In this document: positions 23,101-35,207 of the stretch, piece after piece
Layout: each line of letters begins with the position of its first letter
Numbering within the stretch: the first letter of the stretch is position 1
DNA from: Anthoceros angustus
Taxonomy: Eukaryota > Plantae > Anthocerotophyta
DNA length: 64,000 bases
NCBI GenBank assembly: GCA_010909165.1
Contig: MU008159.1
Span: forward strand, 620,001 to 684,000
Direction of reading: 5' to 3'
Program-made: the position numbers and the translations under genes
The notes under the pieces: model-generated
The model's database searches: none
What the model was told of the DNA's origin: nothing
Seen by the model: the letters and a program-made list of their open reading frames with translations, nothing else

Positions 23101-25536
23101 TTGCGAATGCACTCCTTACTAATCAGTTTGAGTTGATAGGCCTTGAGGTGTATCGGTGATTTGGTGGTTGGGCATCCTGTTAACCGTGACTTATTAGCAA
23201 GCAAAGCTGTTGGGGACGATGCCAATTCAGAACCAGCTTTGAATCGTATCCTCAGAATTCTACTGCAAACACCGCATCTCAGTGTCTGCATTGCTGCTGA
23301 ATACGTCTTCAGGTCTTTCTGCCAGGCAAGATTCTAAGCATATTGCATATGGAGGAGAATGTTGGGTGGACCTATGGATTCTGTGCTCAGTTACGATCTT
23401 AAAGGTGGTTATCTTATTCCTAGTGTTTATTTCTTTCAGGGTAATCCAGATGGTCAGACGATGCTGGCTTCCACCATAACACCATTACCCCAGGCCAACC
23501 ATCGAAATAGTAAAGTTGGTGATGAAGAGAAGCACATATCATTTGGCAGGTACGCAAGAGGAGTCTAATTTGAGATCAATCCTGCCTATTCTTGGAACTG
23601 TCATCACATGGATCTCATGACAGGTTGTTCTTGCAGCATGCTAGTTCGAGCCTTAATCTCCAGTGATGGTCAGAGCAGCCTTGAGGTAGTTATTGCTAGC
23701 AACCTGGGCAGTTTTTTGTCAAATTGTCTGGAGTATATTACCATGAATTGAAATGTAGCCGTTGTCATGAAATCCTGCAGGCAAGCTGCAGAGCTGCAAG
23801 TGTTCTGTCTCACATACTTAAGGACAATGTACAGTGTAAAGAAAGGGTAAGTTGCAGTTGTTGCAGACTGTTAAACATAGCCTCTGTTGCGTGTGCAGTT
23901 GTTACCGTAGTTGTTGGCACTTTGCACAATGGTTAAATTCTGATACAGCTGTGTTGGTAGGTTCTCCGCATACCACTTGAGATTCCAGCCTCTGCCCTGG
24001 CGCCGCCTGATTTATTGATGCCACGGTGTTTAAGGTACCTGGCAGAAGCTGCTCCAACATCCCTGTACAACGCACCTGCCCAAACTGGACAGGTTTGGCT
24101 GCAGCCTGTTATACTACGGCTGTTAGTGACATGGCTAGCTGATTGTCCATCAGCAGTTTCTGCTTTCCTGGAGCCAACTCCACATCTTCCTTACTTGGTA
24201 GAGTTGATGTCAAGTCAAGGTTCCCCAGCAAGTGTTCATGTAGCTGGTCTTGCAGCTGTTCTATTGGGGGAGTGTATTGTTTACAATGACGGCGAAGGAG
24301 CCAAGGATGCCTCTATGGTCGTAGATGTAATCAGTCAAAGAGTGGGTCTTACTTCTTACTTTTCCAAATGGGATCAGATGCAGAAAAGTCCTTTATTTGT
24401 ATCAGCAGCGTCAGTGTCACGTCTCCCAAAACCTTTGACAAGATCAAATGCAGCTAGTGCAGCTGCCGGTGATGGATTAGTTACAATGCTGGTAGACAAA
24501 CCGCAACTACCCCAGAATCCTGTATCAAATAATGGTCATCCGGAGCCTGTGGTGACTACCTTCTATGATGCAGAGTTTGTTGCGGCCATCAGGACTCTAG
24601 AACCAGTAGTAAGAGAGCGGATAGTTGAACTGTTTGCCCACCCCAAGAGCAGAGCCAATGTTGAAGTGCAAGGTTTTGATAGAAAGGAGGGTGAGCAAGA
24701 CAAAGATTACATCGAAAGACTTAGAGCTGCATTGAGAAGTCAAACGCAGGAACTGCAGGTATGTCACAGGTCTCGGCAAGTGGTTATCAGGTGTTGGACA
24801 GTTGACGGAATTCTTTCATGATCGTGTGCTTCTGTTTCGTTTGAGAGTAGCATGTTTCTGGTTTTGTAAATCTAGTCTCAGCATCAACGAATCTGTGCTT
24901 CATTCTTCTTGTCAGGATCTGCTGGAACGGAATTCTGCATTAGCGGGTGATTTGTTAGTCAGCAGTTCCGTTGGAGAGGATGACGGAGGAGCGGGTGATG
25001 AGGCCTTGAAGGCCAACTTAGCTAGTAAAAGGGGCTCGGTGCGCGGGCCTGGAGACTCTTTTCTATCCAAGACAGAGGCTGAAACCTTGAAGCAGCAGCT
25101 TCTGGAGTATCAGCATGCAGCTGAAGAGGCAAACAAAGAAAAGCAACAAGCGGAATCAGAGATGGCCTCATATAAGCAGCTTCTGGCCAAACAAGAGACT
25201 GATCTACAGAGTCTGTCGGCAGCATATAACTCACTCGAACAGGACAACTACATACTGGAAGGCGAAGTTAAGAAGCTGCGTAAGGCTTTAGAAGATGGAG
25301 GCATCTCCCTTGGCCCGTCTGAGGAGCAGCTGCAAGCAGCACGTGAGGAGGGGCGACAAGAGGCTATCAAAGACAGCGAAGCAGACTTGAGTGATCTGAT
25401 GGTTTGTCTGGGCCAAGAGGAGAGCAAAGTGGAGAAATTGCGAGAAAGGCTAGAAGAGCTTGGAGAAGATGTTGAAGCTTTGCTCCAAGGTATAGGCGAG
25501 CCTGAACCGGAAGGAGACCGGGAAGATGATGGCTAA
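20159..25536 (+). CDS. GC6: Golgin candidate 6 / p115-Uso1 vesicle tethering protein, multi-exon
   Basis: Exons read LERISNGVLADDRRSAMAELQ; FPILMSVLREEREDLDMV; EIQKIVVFEGAFERIFNIVREEG; DCLELLNNLLR; LLVTWLADCP; and a C-terminal coiled coil SLSAAYNSLEQ...DLMVCLGQEESKVEKL. ATG at 20159, TAA at 25534-25536. Confidence 0.95.
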
Positions 25537-26046
25537 ACCCTTTCTGCGATATGTATAGCTGGATGGCATCACTTGGTTGCACAACCTCTTGAGGTGCAGC
25601 TTATCGATAATCAGGAGAAGTGGTTGATTCTGCGATCACTTGTATATTATCACAACTGTCTGCTCTTGACCTAACCAATTTTTGCCTCCACAATGCTGTA
25701 ATCTTGTTAATAAAGGAGGATTCTTGCCAGTGCTATCGTTCCTACAGTGATACTCAAACGGGGCCACGTCAAAAACCATCCTGGCCTAATGTGCTTGTCG
25801 TGAGACATCCTCAAGACTGCACTTTCTATCGGCGTTGAACTTTGCCTTCATCAACTCCCCTGTCCGAGACGTGAATGCTAAGAGTAAAATAGTGAGAAAA
25901 GAACACGCCAAGAAGCAGGAGTGGCCTTATGGCTTCCTTTGGAGGCCAACGCTCAGCAACAGGTACCGCGACTCGCCGGCGACGCGATCGATTCCTGCGG
26001 AAAGTATTTCCGTATCCAACCCAACCACAACAAACCAGCATGGAAC

Positions 26047-26200
26047 AACATTGAACGTGTAGAAACCCAGACAACATTGAACGTGGAGAAACCCAGACAA
26101 CATTGAACGTGGAGAAACCCAGACAACATTGAACGTGGAGAAACCCAGACAACATCGAACGTGGAGAAACCCAGACAACATCGAACGTGGAGAAACCCAG
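26047..26200. repeat. 26-bp minisatellite AACATTGAACGTGGAGAAACCCAGAC, about 6 copies (re-copied at about 28.6, 28.87 and 29.77 kb)
   Basis: Directly visible; lies between the 3' ends of GC6 and RPL23A. Confidence 0.95.
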
Positions 26201-26693
26201 AAGTGATGCCTGACCTTCGTCACCGCCCACAACAGGTTAGTGACAAAGAAAAGGTCAAGCAAATATTCCTAAACTCATGCACAATTGCGTGCCCTCATTA
26301 TCCTGCAGGAACCGCGTTCTGAGTGTCAGGCAGCTGCAATTGCATGGGGATCAAAGAGCTCCAGTCCAGCAACCGACTGCACTCCCTATCGGCGTTGGAA
26401 AATTCTTCCATTCAACGACTCCCCTGTCCGAAACGTGAAAACTGAAAGGAGAAGACTGAGCCAAGAACACAGAGCAAAGCAGAAGTCGCCTCAGGCCTTA
26501 AAACCAACGCGCAGCAGCGGGAACTGCGCCTCGCCGGCGACGCAATCGATTCCCTGCGGAAGAACTTTCGTTCTAGGATAGAACCCAAGCACAACAACCA
26601 GCATAAGACAACGTTGAATGTGGACAGACCCATAATTGCTGCTTGTGACAAGCTCCGTCCAAAACTGAAGAATACAGTGCTCGGCAACAAAAC

Positions 26694-27328
<635 letters not shown>

Positions 27329-27395
27329 GGAAGCCGGTCGCAGCTCGGCAGGCTTGCTGGGAAGGAGGGTTTAAAGGACTAAGAATTCAGAACTT

Positions 27396-27403
27396 TAGGG
27401 TTT
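27396..27403 (-). promoter_or_regulatory. Telo-box (AAACCCTA) upstream of RPL23A
   Basis: TAGGGTTT on the plus strand about 70 bp upstream of the ATG. Telo-boxes are an established feature of plant ribosomal protein promoters. Confidence 0.6.
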
Positions 27404-28119
27404 TTGAGTGGAGCGGATCGGGATTTTCATTCTGTGGGACCCGCTTCGTAGGGCTGCTCACAATGTCACAAACTTGTCCACTTGGCCTGCGTCTGAATCT
27501 CCGAACCGATAAAGCTTCGCGCGTGCCAAGTCCTCCGTGGCATGTCATGCCTATGTCCTCCCATAGCCTTGGTATACGCACTCTTGTACAATACTTGTAT
27601 GTCCAGTATGTAGCATACATTACCTTACATTCACTACCATGGCATTCTCCCGTATCATGTGAATTGTCTTCCATGTACATATGTTTCAAACTTTCAAACT
27701 AGCGGGGAGAGGGGCATGTTGGAGGAGTGTGGGATCGGGGAGCAGGGAGCGGGCTGCCATAGGTGATCCTCAAATGTTGCAAACAAGGTCCCTTGTTGTT
27801 GGGAACAACGCCATCAGAATTGAAATGTTGAATGTCACGTAGCGACCTCGGCGTTTTGCATGCATGCCTGCAAGCAATCTTGCAAACATGGTCTACCGCA
27901 CTCACCAATTCAAACGGTCTTGGAAGGACAGCAATCCACCAAAAGACATATGAATCCGCAACTTTGGTAAGTGAACATATGTATCAGCTCGGTGGCGTTA
28001 CAGTGAGTACACTGCGCTTGTCCCTCCTGCTGCTCGAAGCCTGCAACAATGGCGTTGACAGCTCTTTCGGCATTACACTGGTATTTTGGACAGACGAATT
28101 CAATACGTGGATACAGCTG

Positions 28120-31100
28120 GATGGAATCACTTGGTTGCACAACCTCTTGAGGTGCAGCTTATCGATAATCAGGAGAAGTGGTTGATTCTGCGATCACTTG
28201 TATATTATCACAACTGTCTGCTCTTGACCTAACCAATTTTTGCCTCCACAATGCTGTAATCTTGTTAATAAAGGAGGATTCTTGCCAGTGCTATCGTTCC
28301 TACAGTGATACTCAAACGGGGCCACGTCAAAAACCATCCTGGCCTAATGTGCTTGTCGTGAGACATCCTCAAGACTGCACTTTCTATCGGCGTTGAACTT
28401 TGCCTTCATCAACTCCCCTGTCCGAGACGTGAATGCTAAGAGTAAAATAGTGAGAAAAGAACACGCCAAGAAGCAGGAGTGGCCTTATGGCTTCCTTTGG
28501 AGGCCAACGCTCAGCAACAGGTACCGCGACTCGCCGGCGACGCGATCGATTCCTGCGGAAAGTATTTCCGTATCCAACCCAACCACAACAAACCAGCATG
28601 GAACAACATTGAACGTGTAGAAACCCAGACAACATTGAACGTGGAGAAACCCAGACAACATTGAACGTGGAGAAGACAACATTGAACGTGGAGAAACCCA
28701 GACAACATCGAACGTGGAGAAACCCAGACAACATCGAACGTGGAGAAACCCAGAAGTGATGCCTGACCTTCGTCACCGCCCACAACAGGTTAGTGACAAA
28801 GAAAAGGTCAAGCAAATATTCCTAAACTCATGCACAGAGACAACCACAACAAACCAGCATGGAACAACATTGAACGTGTAGAAACCCAGACAACATTGAA
28901 CGTGTAGAAACCCAGACAACATCGAACGTGGAGAAGATGATGGCTAAACCCTTTCTGCGATATGTATAGCTGGATGGCATCACTTGGTTGCACAACCTCT
29001 TGAGGTGCAGCTTATCGATAAACCAGGACCACAACACACCTTTAACGGGAGCCATGGAAGCCGGTCGCAGCTCGGCAGGCTTGCTGGGAAGGAGGTTTAA
29101 AGGACTAAGAATTCAGTCGAGATAGCGAAAAGAGTCACACGAATTGCCAACAACTCTGAAGTGATCCGGGTCCCTAGAAGAGCTTGGAGAAGATGTTGAA
29201 GCTTTGCTCCAAGGTATAGGCGAGCCTGAACCGGAAGGAGACCGGGAAGATGATGGCTAAACCCTTTCTGCGATATGTATAGCTGGATGGCATCACTTGG
29301 TTGCACAACCTCTTGAGGTGCAGCTTATCGATAATCAGGAGAAGTGGTTGATTCTGCGATCACTTGTATATTATCACAACTGTCTGCTCTTGACCTAACC
29401 AATTTTGCCTCCACAATGCTGTAATCTTGTTAATAAAGGAGGATTCTTGCCAGTGCTATCGTTCCTACAGTGATACTCAAACGGGGCCACGTCAAAACCA
29501 TCCTGGCCTAATGTGCTTGTCGTGAGACATCCTCAAGACTGCACTTTCTATCGTTGAACTTTGCCTTCATCAACTCCCCTGTCCGAGACGTGAATGCTAA
29601 GAGTAAAATAGTGAGAAAAGAACACGCCAAGAAGCAGGAGTGGCCTTATGGCTTCCTTTGGAGGCCAACGCTCAGCAACAGGTACCGCGACTCGCCGGCG
29701 ACGCGATCGATTCCCTGCGGAAAGTATTTCCGTATCCAACCCAACCACAACAAACCAGCATGGAACAACATTGAACGTGTAGAAACCCAGACAACATTGA
29801 ACGTGGAGAAACCCAGACAACATTGAACGTGGAGAAACCCAGACAACATTGAACGTGGAGAAACCCAGACAACATCGAACGTGGAGAAACCCAGACAACA
29901 TCGAACGTGGAGAAACCCAGAAGTGATGCCTGACCTTCGTCACCGCCCACAACAGGTTAGTGACAAAGAAAAGGTCAAGCAAATATTCCTAAACTCATGC
30001 ACAATTGCGTGCCCTCATTATCCTGCAGGAACCGCGTTCTGAGTGTCAGGCAGCTGCAATTGCATGGGGATCAAAGAGCTCCAGTCCAGCAACCGACTGC
30101 ACTCCCTATCGGCGTTGGAAAATTCTTCCATTCAACGACTCCCCTGTCCGAAACGTGAAAACTGAAAGGAGAAGACTGAGCCAAGAACACAGAGCAAAGC
30201 AGAAGTCGCCTCAGGCCTTAAAACCAACGCGCAGCAGGAACTGCGCCGGCGACGCAATCGATTCCCTGCGGAAGAACTTTCGTTCTAGGATAGAACCCAA
30301 GCACAACAACCAGCATAAGACAACGTTGAATGTGGACAGACCCATAATTGCTGCTTGTGACAAGCTCCGTCCAAAACTGAAGAATACAGTGCTCAACAAA
30401 ACCTATATTATGCCTATCTTGTTTGCTACGTCCAAAGCGTCGTAGTCTGTGGTAAGCCTCACGTAGGCCTTCTTTTTCCGTCAGGCCTGCACCACAAACA
30501 GCAATCCACGTCACAGTTCAGTCCATGCCAAAGCAACCGGATAGCGGGGTATGAATCAAATAAGTTGCAAAATAACTATCCGAGAATAAACGCAGTTAGT
30601 CGGAGAAGAAACCTTCAACCCTGTGACACACAGTTGCATACCATCAAAGAACTTGAAAGTAGAGGAAGTCCACAGTTCATGCAATCCGCAAGCCCGAACT
30701 GCAGGACGATCTAGGGCAAGATCGAAAATATATCAACACTTACAAGAGAATCGCTCAAAGCAGAAGTCGCCTCAGGCCTTAAAACCAACGCGCAGCAGGA
30801 ACTGCGCCGGCGACGCAATCGATTCCCTGCGGAAGAACTTTCGTTCTAGGATAGAACCCAAGCACAACAACCAGCATAAGACAACGTTGAATGTGGACAG
30901 ACCCATAATTGCTGCTTGTGACAAGCTCCGTCCAAAACTGAAGAATACAGTGCTCAACAAAACCTATATTATGCCTATCTTGTTTGCTACGTCCAAAGCG
31001 TCGTAGTCTGTGGTAAGCCTCACGTAGGCCTTCTTTTTCCGTCAGGCCTGCACCACAAACAGCAATCCACGTCACAGTTCAGTCCATGCCAAAGCAACCG

Positions 31101-32400
31101 GATAGCGGGGTATGAATCAAATAAGTTGCAAAACCTAAATTGTAACAAACGACACACACCTGATGAGAGTGTTAACCTTCTTCGCCTGGATCTCGTACAT
31201 CTTTTTCACAGCATCCTTGATTTTCTTCTTGTCCGCCAAGACATCCACAATGAAGACGAGGTGTTGTTCTCCTCAATCTTCTTCATTGCTGACTCTGTGG
31301 TCAAGGGGTACTTCAGCACCTGGTACTGATCCAGCTTGTGCCTAGGTGGTGCGCTGATCCTGGGGTACTTCGCTTACGGTCCCTCTTCAGAGTCTTGGGC
31401 CGATGGAACGTGACTGAAGGCCGCTCTTTCTTCCATTTCTTCAGCGGAGCCACGCTCTTCAGCGCCTTTGCTGCCTTAGTGGCTTGCGCCTTCGGTCGAC
31501 CTTCCCACCTGCATCCCGGACCATCAGTCCCCGAAGCCGCACCACAGCAAATCGATAAACCAGGACCACAACACACCTTTAACGGGAGCCATGGAAGCCG
31601 GTCGCAGCTCGGCAGGCTTGCTGGGAAGGAGGGTTTAAAGGACTAAGAATTCAGAACTTTAGGGTTTTTGAGTGGAGCGGATCGGGATTTTCATTCTGTG
31701 GGACCCGCTTCGTAGGGCTGCTCACAATGTCACAAACTTGTCCACTTGGCCTGCGTCTGAATCTCCGAACCGATAAAAGCTTCGCGCGTGCCAAGTCCTC
31801 CGTGGCATGTCATGCCTATGTCCTCCCCATAGCCTTGGTATACGCACTCTTGTACAATACTTGTATGTCCCGAGTATGTAGCATACATTACCTTACATTC
31901 ACTACCATGGCATTCTCCCCGTATCGTAGCGAATTGTCTTCCATGTACATATGTTTCAAACTTTCAAACTAGCGGGGAGAGGGGCATGTTGGAGGAGTGT
32001 GGGATCGGGGAGCAGGGAGCGGGCTGCCATAGGTGATCCTCAAATGTTGCAAACAAGGTCCCTTGTTGTTGGGAACAACGCCATCAGAATTGAAATGTTG
32101 AATGTCACGTAGCGACCTCGGCGTTTTGCATGCATGCCTGCAAGCAATCTTGCAAACATGGTCTACCGCACTCACCAATTCAAACGGTCTTGGAAGGACA
32201 GCAATCCACCAAAAGACATATGAATCCCGCAACTTTGGTAAGTGAACATATGTATCAGCTCGGTGGCGTTACAGTGAGGTACACTGCGCTTGTCCCTCCT
32301 GCTGCTCGAAGCCTGCAACAATGGCGTTGACAGCTCTTTCGGCATTACACTGGTATTTTGGACAGACGAATTCAATACGTGGATACAGCTGGATGGAAAG
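28120..32400. repeat. 4.3-kb patchwork of re-copied local segments (sources 25.45-28.13 kb and 32.49-33.10 kb)
   Basis: Nine direct-orientation junctions, each at a 7-10 bp microhomology (listed in findings). Deleting about 28130-32395 restores a continuous sequence. Confidence 0.9.
30964..31592 (-). pseudogene. Frameshifted near-identical copy of RPL23A (26694-27328) inside the patchwork
   Basis: Same introns and exons, with single-base losses in G runs (e.g. GACGAGGTG vs GACGAGGGTG). Possibly an assembly artefact. Confidence 0.7.
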
Positions 32401-32796
32401 AGAGACTTTACACGCATGGTTATCCTTCAGGTGGCAAAAGCCACTAGTAGACTGTAGTGTGCGTTTAGCTGTCCCAAAGGGAAAGATCATGCACAGAGAC
32501 AACCACAAGAAACTGCAGATTCTACCGATCTTCAACCCTCAACAAACGAAGCTTGTGAAACCAGCTGCAGAACCTGCTGATGCTTTTGGCGGTAAGCTAG
32601 CCACAATCTGAGATTCAAGGAGCTTGTATTGATTAAAGTATTTAAAGAACCATGATGTAAGAGTCCACCTCCCCGGGGATGATTACTGTTAGTGTAATGC
32701 AAAGAATTCAGTCGAGATAGCGAAAAAGAGTCACACGAATTGCCAACAACTCTGAAGTGATCCGGGTCCCTAGAAGAGCAATCGCAAGAATTACAG

Positions 32797-33576
32797 TTAG
32801 GAAATACTGCAGGATGTAGATCTTTGGTACTGCCTTATAGAGAACAATCCACCGTCAGATATGTCTCCTCGGTCGATAAACCCACTCGAATTCTGTTGCA
32901 AAATAACTATCCGAGAATAAACGCAGTTAGTCGGAGAAGAAACCTTCAACCCTGTGACACACAGTTGCATACCATCAAAGAACTTGAAAGTAGAGGAAGT
33001 CCACAGTTCATGCAATCCGCAAGCCCGAACTGCAGGACGATCTAGGGCAAGATCGAAAAATATATCAACACTTACAAGAGAATCGCTCAAAGCAGAACAG
33101 CACCTTTCAAAAATGCATATGATGTTTACATCTTGCCGGAATATAAAGTACTCAATATCGGTGCCGACGATGTGGCTCGCTTCCTGAGTTGTCCTGTTCT
33201 CCTCGGGTGATGCTAATCCTCCCACAGAAAGAGCAGGGACCAGCCTCAAGTGGATGCGGCTCAATTTGCTTCCCAGATCACGGAGACGGCGGAGATACTT
33301 CAGGACCAGATCGTCATCGTAAGCCTTCTTTCCTTCGCGCCGTATGAGCACAGCATTCACCGTAATGGCAGTGGACGCAGCGGCCAGTGCGGCCACTCCG
33401 CTCCATTGCGACAGCAAGCGTCGGTCACTCATTCTCAGTTTCCACGCAGGTTTCGAGAGCACAGTGTTTCGCAGGAGAGCGTACGTTGTAGTGATGCTGA
33501 AAGTAGCTGCAGCGATTGCTGCGGACAGTCTGACCGAGATTGGCCAACTCGGTCTGCTTCCCTCGGAGCCGGACAT
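32797..33576 (-). CDS. Uncharacterised 259-aa ORF with two N-terminal hydrophobic segments; may continue in broken frames to about 31970
   Basis: Open 780-bp frame starting at ATG 33576. Hydrophobic stretches AIAAATFSITTTYALL and GVAALAAASTAITVNAVLI. No family recognised. Confidence 0.4.
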   Translation of the reverse strand: MSGSEGSRPSWPISVRLSAAIAAATFSITTTYALLRNTVLSKPAWKLRMSDRRLLSQWSGVAALAAASTAITVNAVLIRREGKKAYDDDLVLKYLRRLRDLGSKLSRIHLRLVPALSVGGLASPEENRTTQEASHIVGTDIEYFIFRQDVNIICIFERCCSALSDSLVSVDIFFDLALDRPAVRACGLHELWTSSTFKFFDGMQLCVTGLKVSSPTNCVYSRIVILQQNSSGFIDRGDISDGGLFSIRQYQRSTSCSIS

Positions 33577-33886
33577 GACGAATGTGCGTCCGCAGCACCG
33601 CGGCAGAATTCAGACACTGATGAGAGTCACGGCTTGAAGTTGCAGGGCTTCTTTCTACGACCTACCTAAAAGTTGCAGTGCTTCTTGTATGCGATTTATA
33701 AGTGTACTAGGTGAACAAGTTGCATGCCTTCTAAGAGTGTGGATTGTTATCAACTTAAAATAAGTGTTAAAAAAGGACATAGAACTCAAGAGTTTTATGG
33801 GATCATTGTTTGCATGTGGAAGTTCGTTTCCATTCTATAACACACCTCCCAATCTGCTAAAGTTTAGAACTGCATATCTCAAACTG

Positions 33887-34244
33887 CAAATGACTATCGG
33901 CATATTTTAGTTTGTACATTGGCCAGTACGATACAAATGACTATAAGCATGTTTCAGTTTATACATTGGCCAGTGTGATACAAATGACTAGAAGCATGCT
34001 TCAGTTTGTACATTGGCCACTGCGATGTAAATGACTATCAGCATATTTCAGTTTGTACATTGGCCACTGCGATGTAAATGACTATCAGCATGTTTCAATT
34101 TGTATATTGGCCAGTGCGATACAAATGACTATCAGCATATTTCATTTTGTACATTGGCCAGTGCGATGCAAATGATTATCGACATGTTTCAATTTGTACA
34201 TTGGCCAGTGCATGTTTCGAGTTTGTACATTGGCCATCGCACTG
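33887..34244. repeat. 47-bp minisatellite, about 7.5 copies (TTTCAGTTTGTACATTGGCCAGTGCGATACAAATGACTATCAGCATA-like)
   Basis: Period of 47 measured from TGCGATGTAA at 34021 and 34068. Confidence 0.93.
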
Positions 34245-34947
34245 TGAAATGAGACCTAACAGATCACAATACAGAGGCAGTTAACTGATCTTCCTACCGT
34301 AGTACATTAGATTGGTGCCCAGAGGCGTTTCCTTCTATTTCAGTTGGAAGTACCTGTCTCACCTCTCTATCACTCCCATCCCTCCATAACTTCATCATTC
34401 TCATCTCTCCTTTTCTTCGCTTTATTGCGTCTCCTGTCCCTGCTCCCACATCTAGGCACTAGAATAAACACTTGATGTCAACACATATGCTGCACCATCT
34501 GTCTTGTCTAGCCAGCGGGCTTCATCAAAAGCATGGTGTCCCACCTCAACGTTGCTCCACTTTTGACAAACACCCAACGGAGTGTGCCAAACAGCAGCAT
34601 TCGACAATAGATGGATTTTCCTTACTAGAGCTAATGCTTGGTCAAGTTCTCCTGCTCGGCCTAGTAGTCAGCCGTGGGAATGATGCTATATTGTTTGCTC
34701 ATGTCCTCAAAGTACTGTAGCCCTAGTCCAAGAGACCAGTATGACTGCATACTGTAATATACTAAGGAACGTCATAGCTTCCGGCGTCTCTTCCGTCCTC
34801 TCATTTTCAAAACCAGGCCAAACAGCTTCTCACAGTTTCCTTGACAGGAATGCCCTGCGATGAGCGCACTCCATGTGAGAATATTCCTTCTGAGCAATTC
34901 CTAAAATTACCTGCTGTGCATCAGGCATGCTACCGCACTTCCCATAC

Positions 34948-34967
34948 ATCGCACTGGCCAGTGCGAT
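34948..34967. promoter_or_regulatory. Perfect 20-bp palindrome ATCGCACTGGCCAGTGCGAT upstream of the fumarase-like gene
   Basis: Self-complementary sequence seen directly; a regulatory role is inference. Confidence 0.4.
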
Positions 34968-35207
34968 ATTCTCGTACCTGGAGACACCCTGTTAGCATGG
35001 CACTCCGGGTGCACACTCCATGGCTCTCCAAGGCAAGGGTACATTTTCTCTGCTGGCGTGGGCAAATTCTTTAGGGTTCATCGAGCCCTTCCTCGTGACA
35101 TTCAAGAACTGAAAACCGATAGGAGAAGCTCGTTCGAGCCAAGAAGAGGGCAAGAAGAAACAAGAGTTGCCTGATGGCTTGTTGCGAGGCTGCTATTGCC
35201 GAGGGGG

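Noticed and set aside
26047-26200. 26-bp repeats as a CRISPR-like or telomeric array
   Set aside because: There are no spacers and the context is eukaryotic; GGGTTT occurs only once per unit. It is a simple minisatellite.
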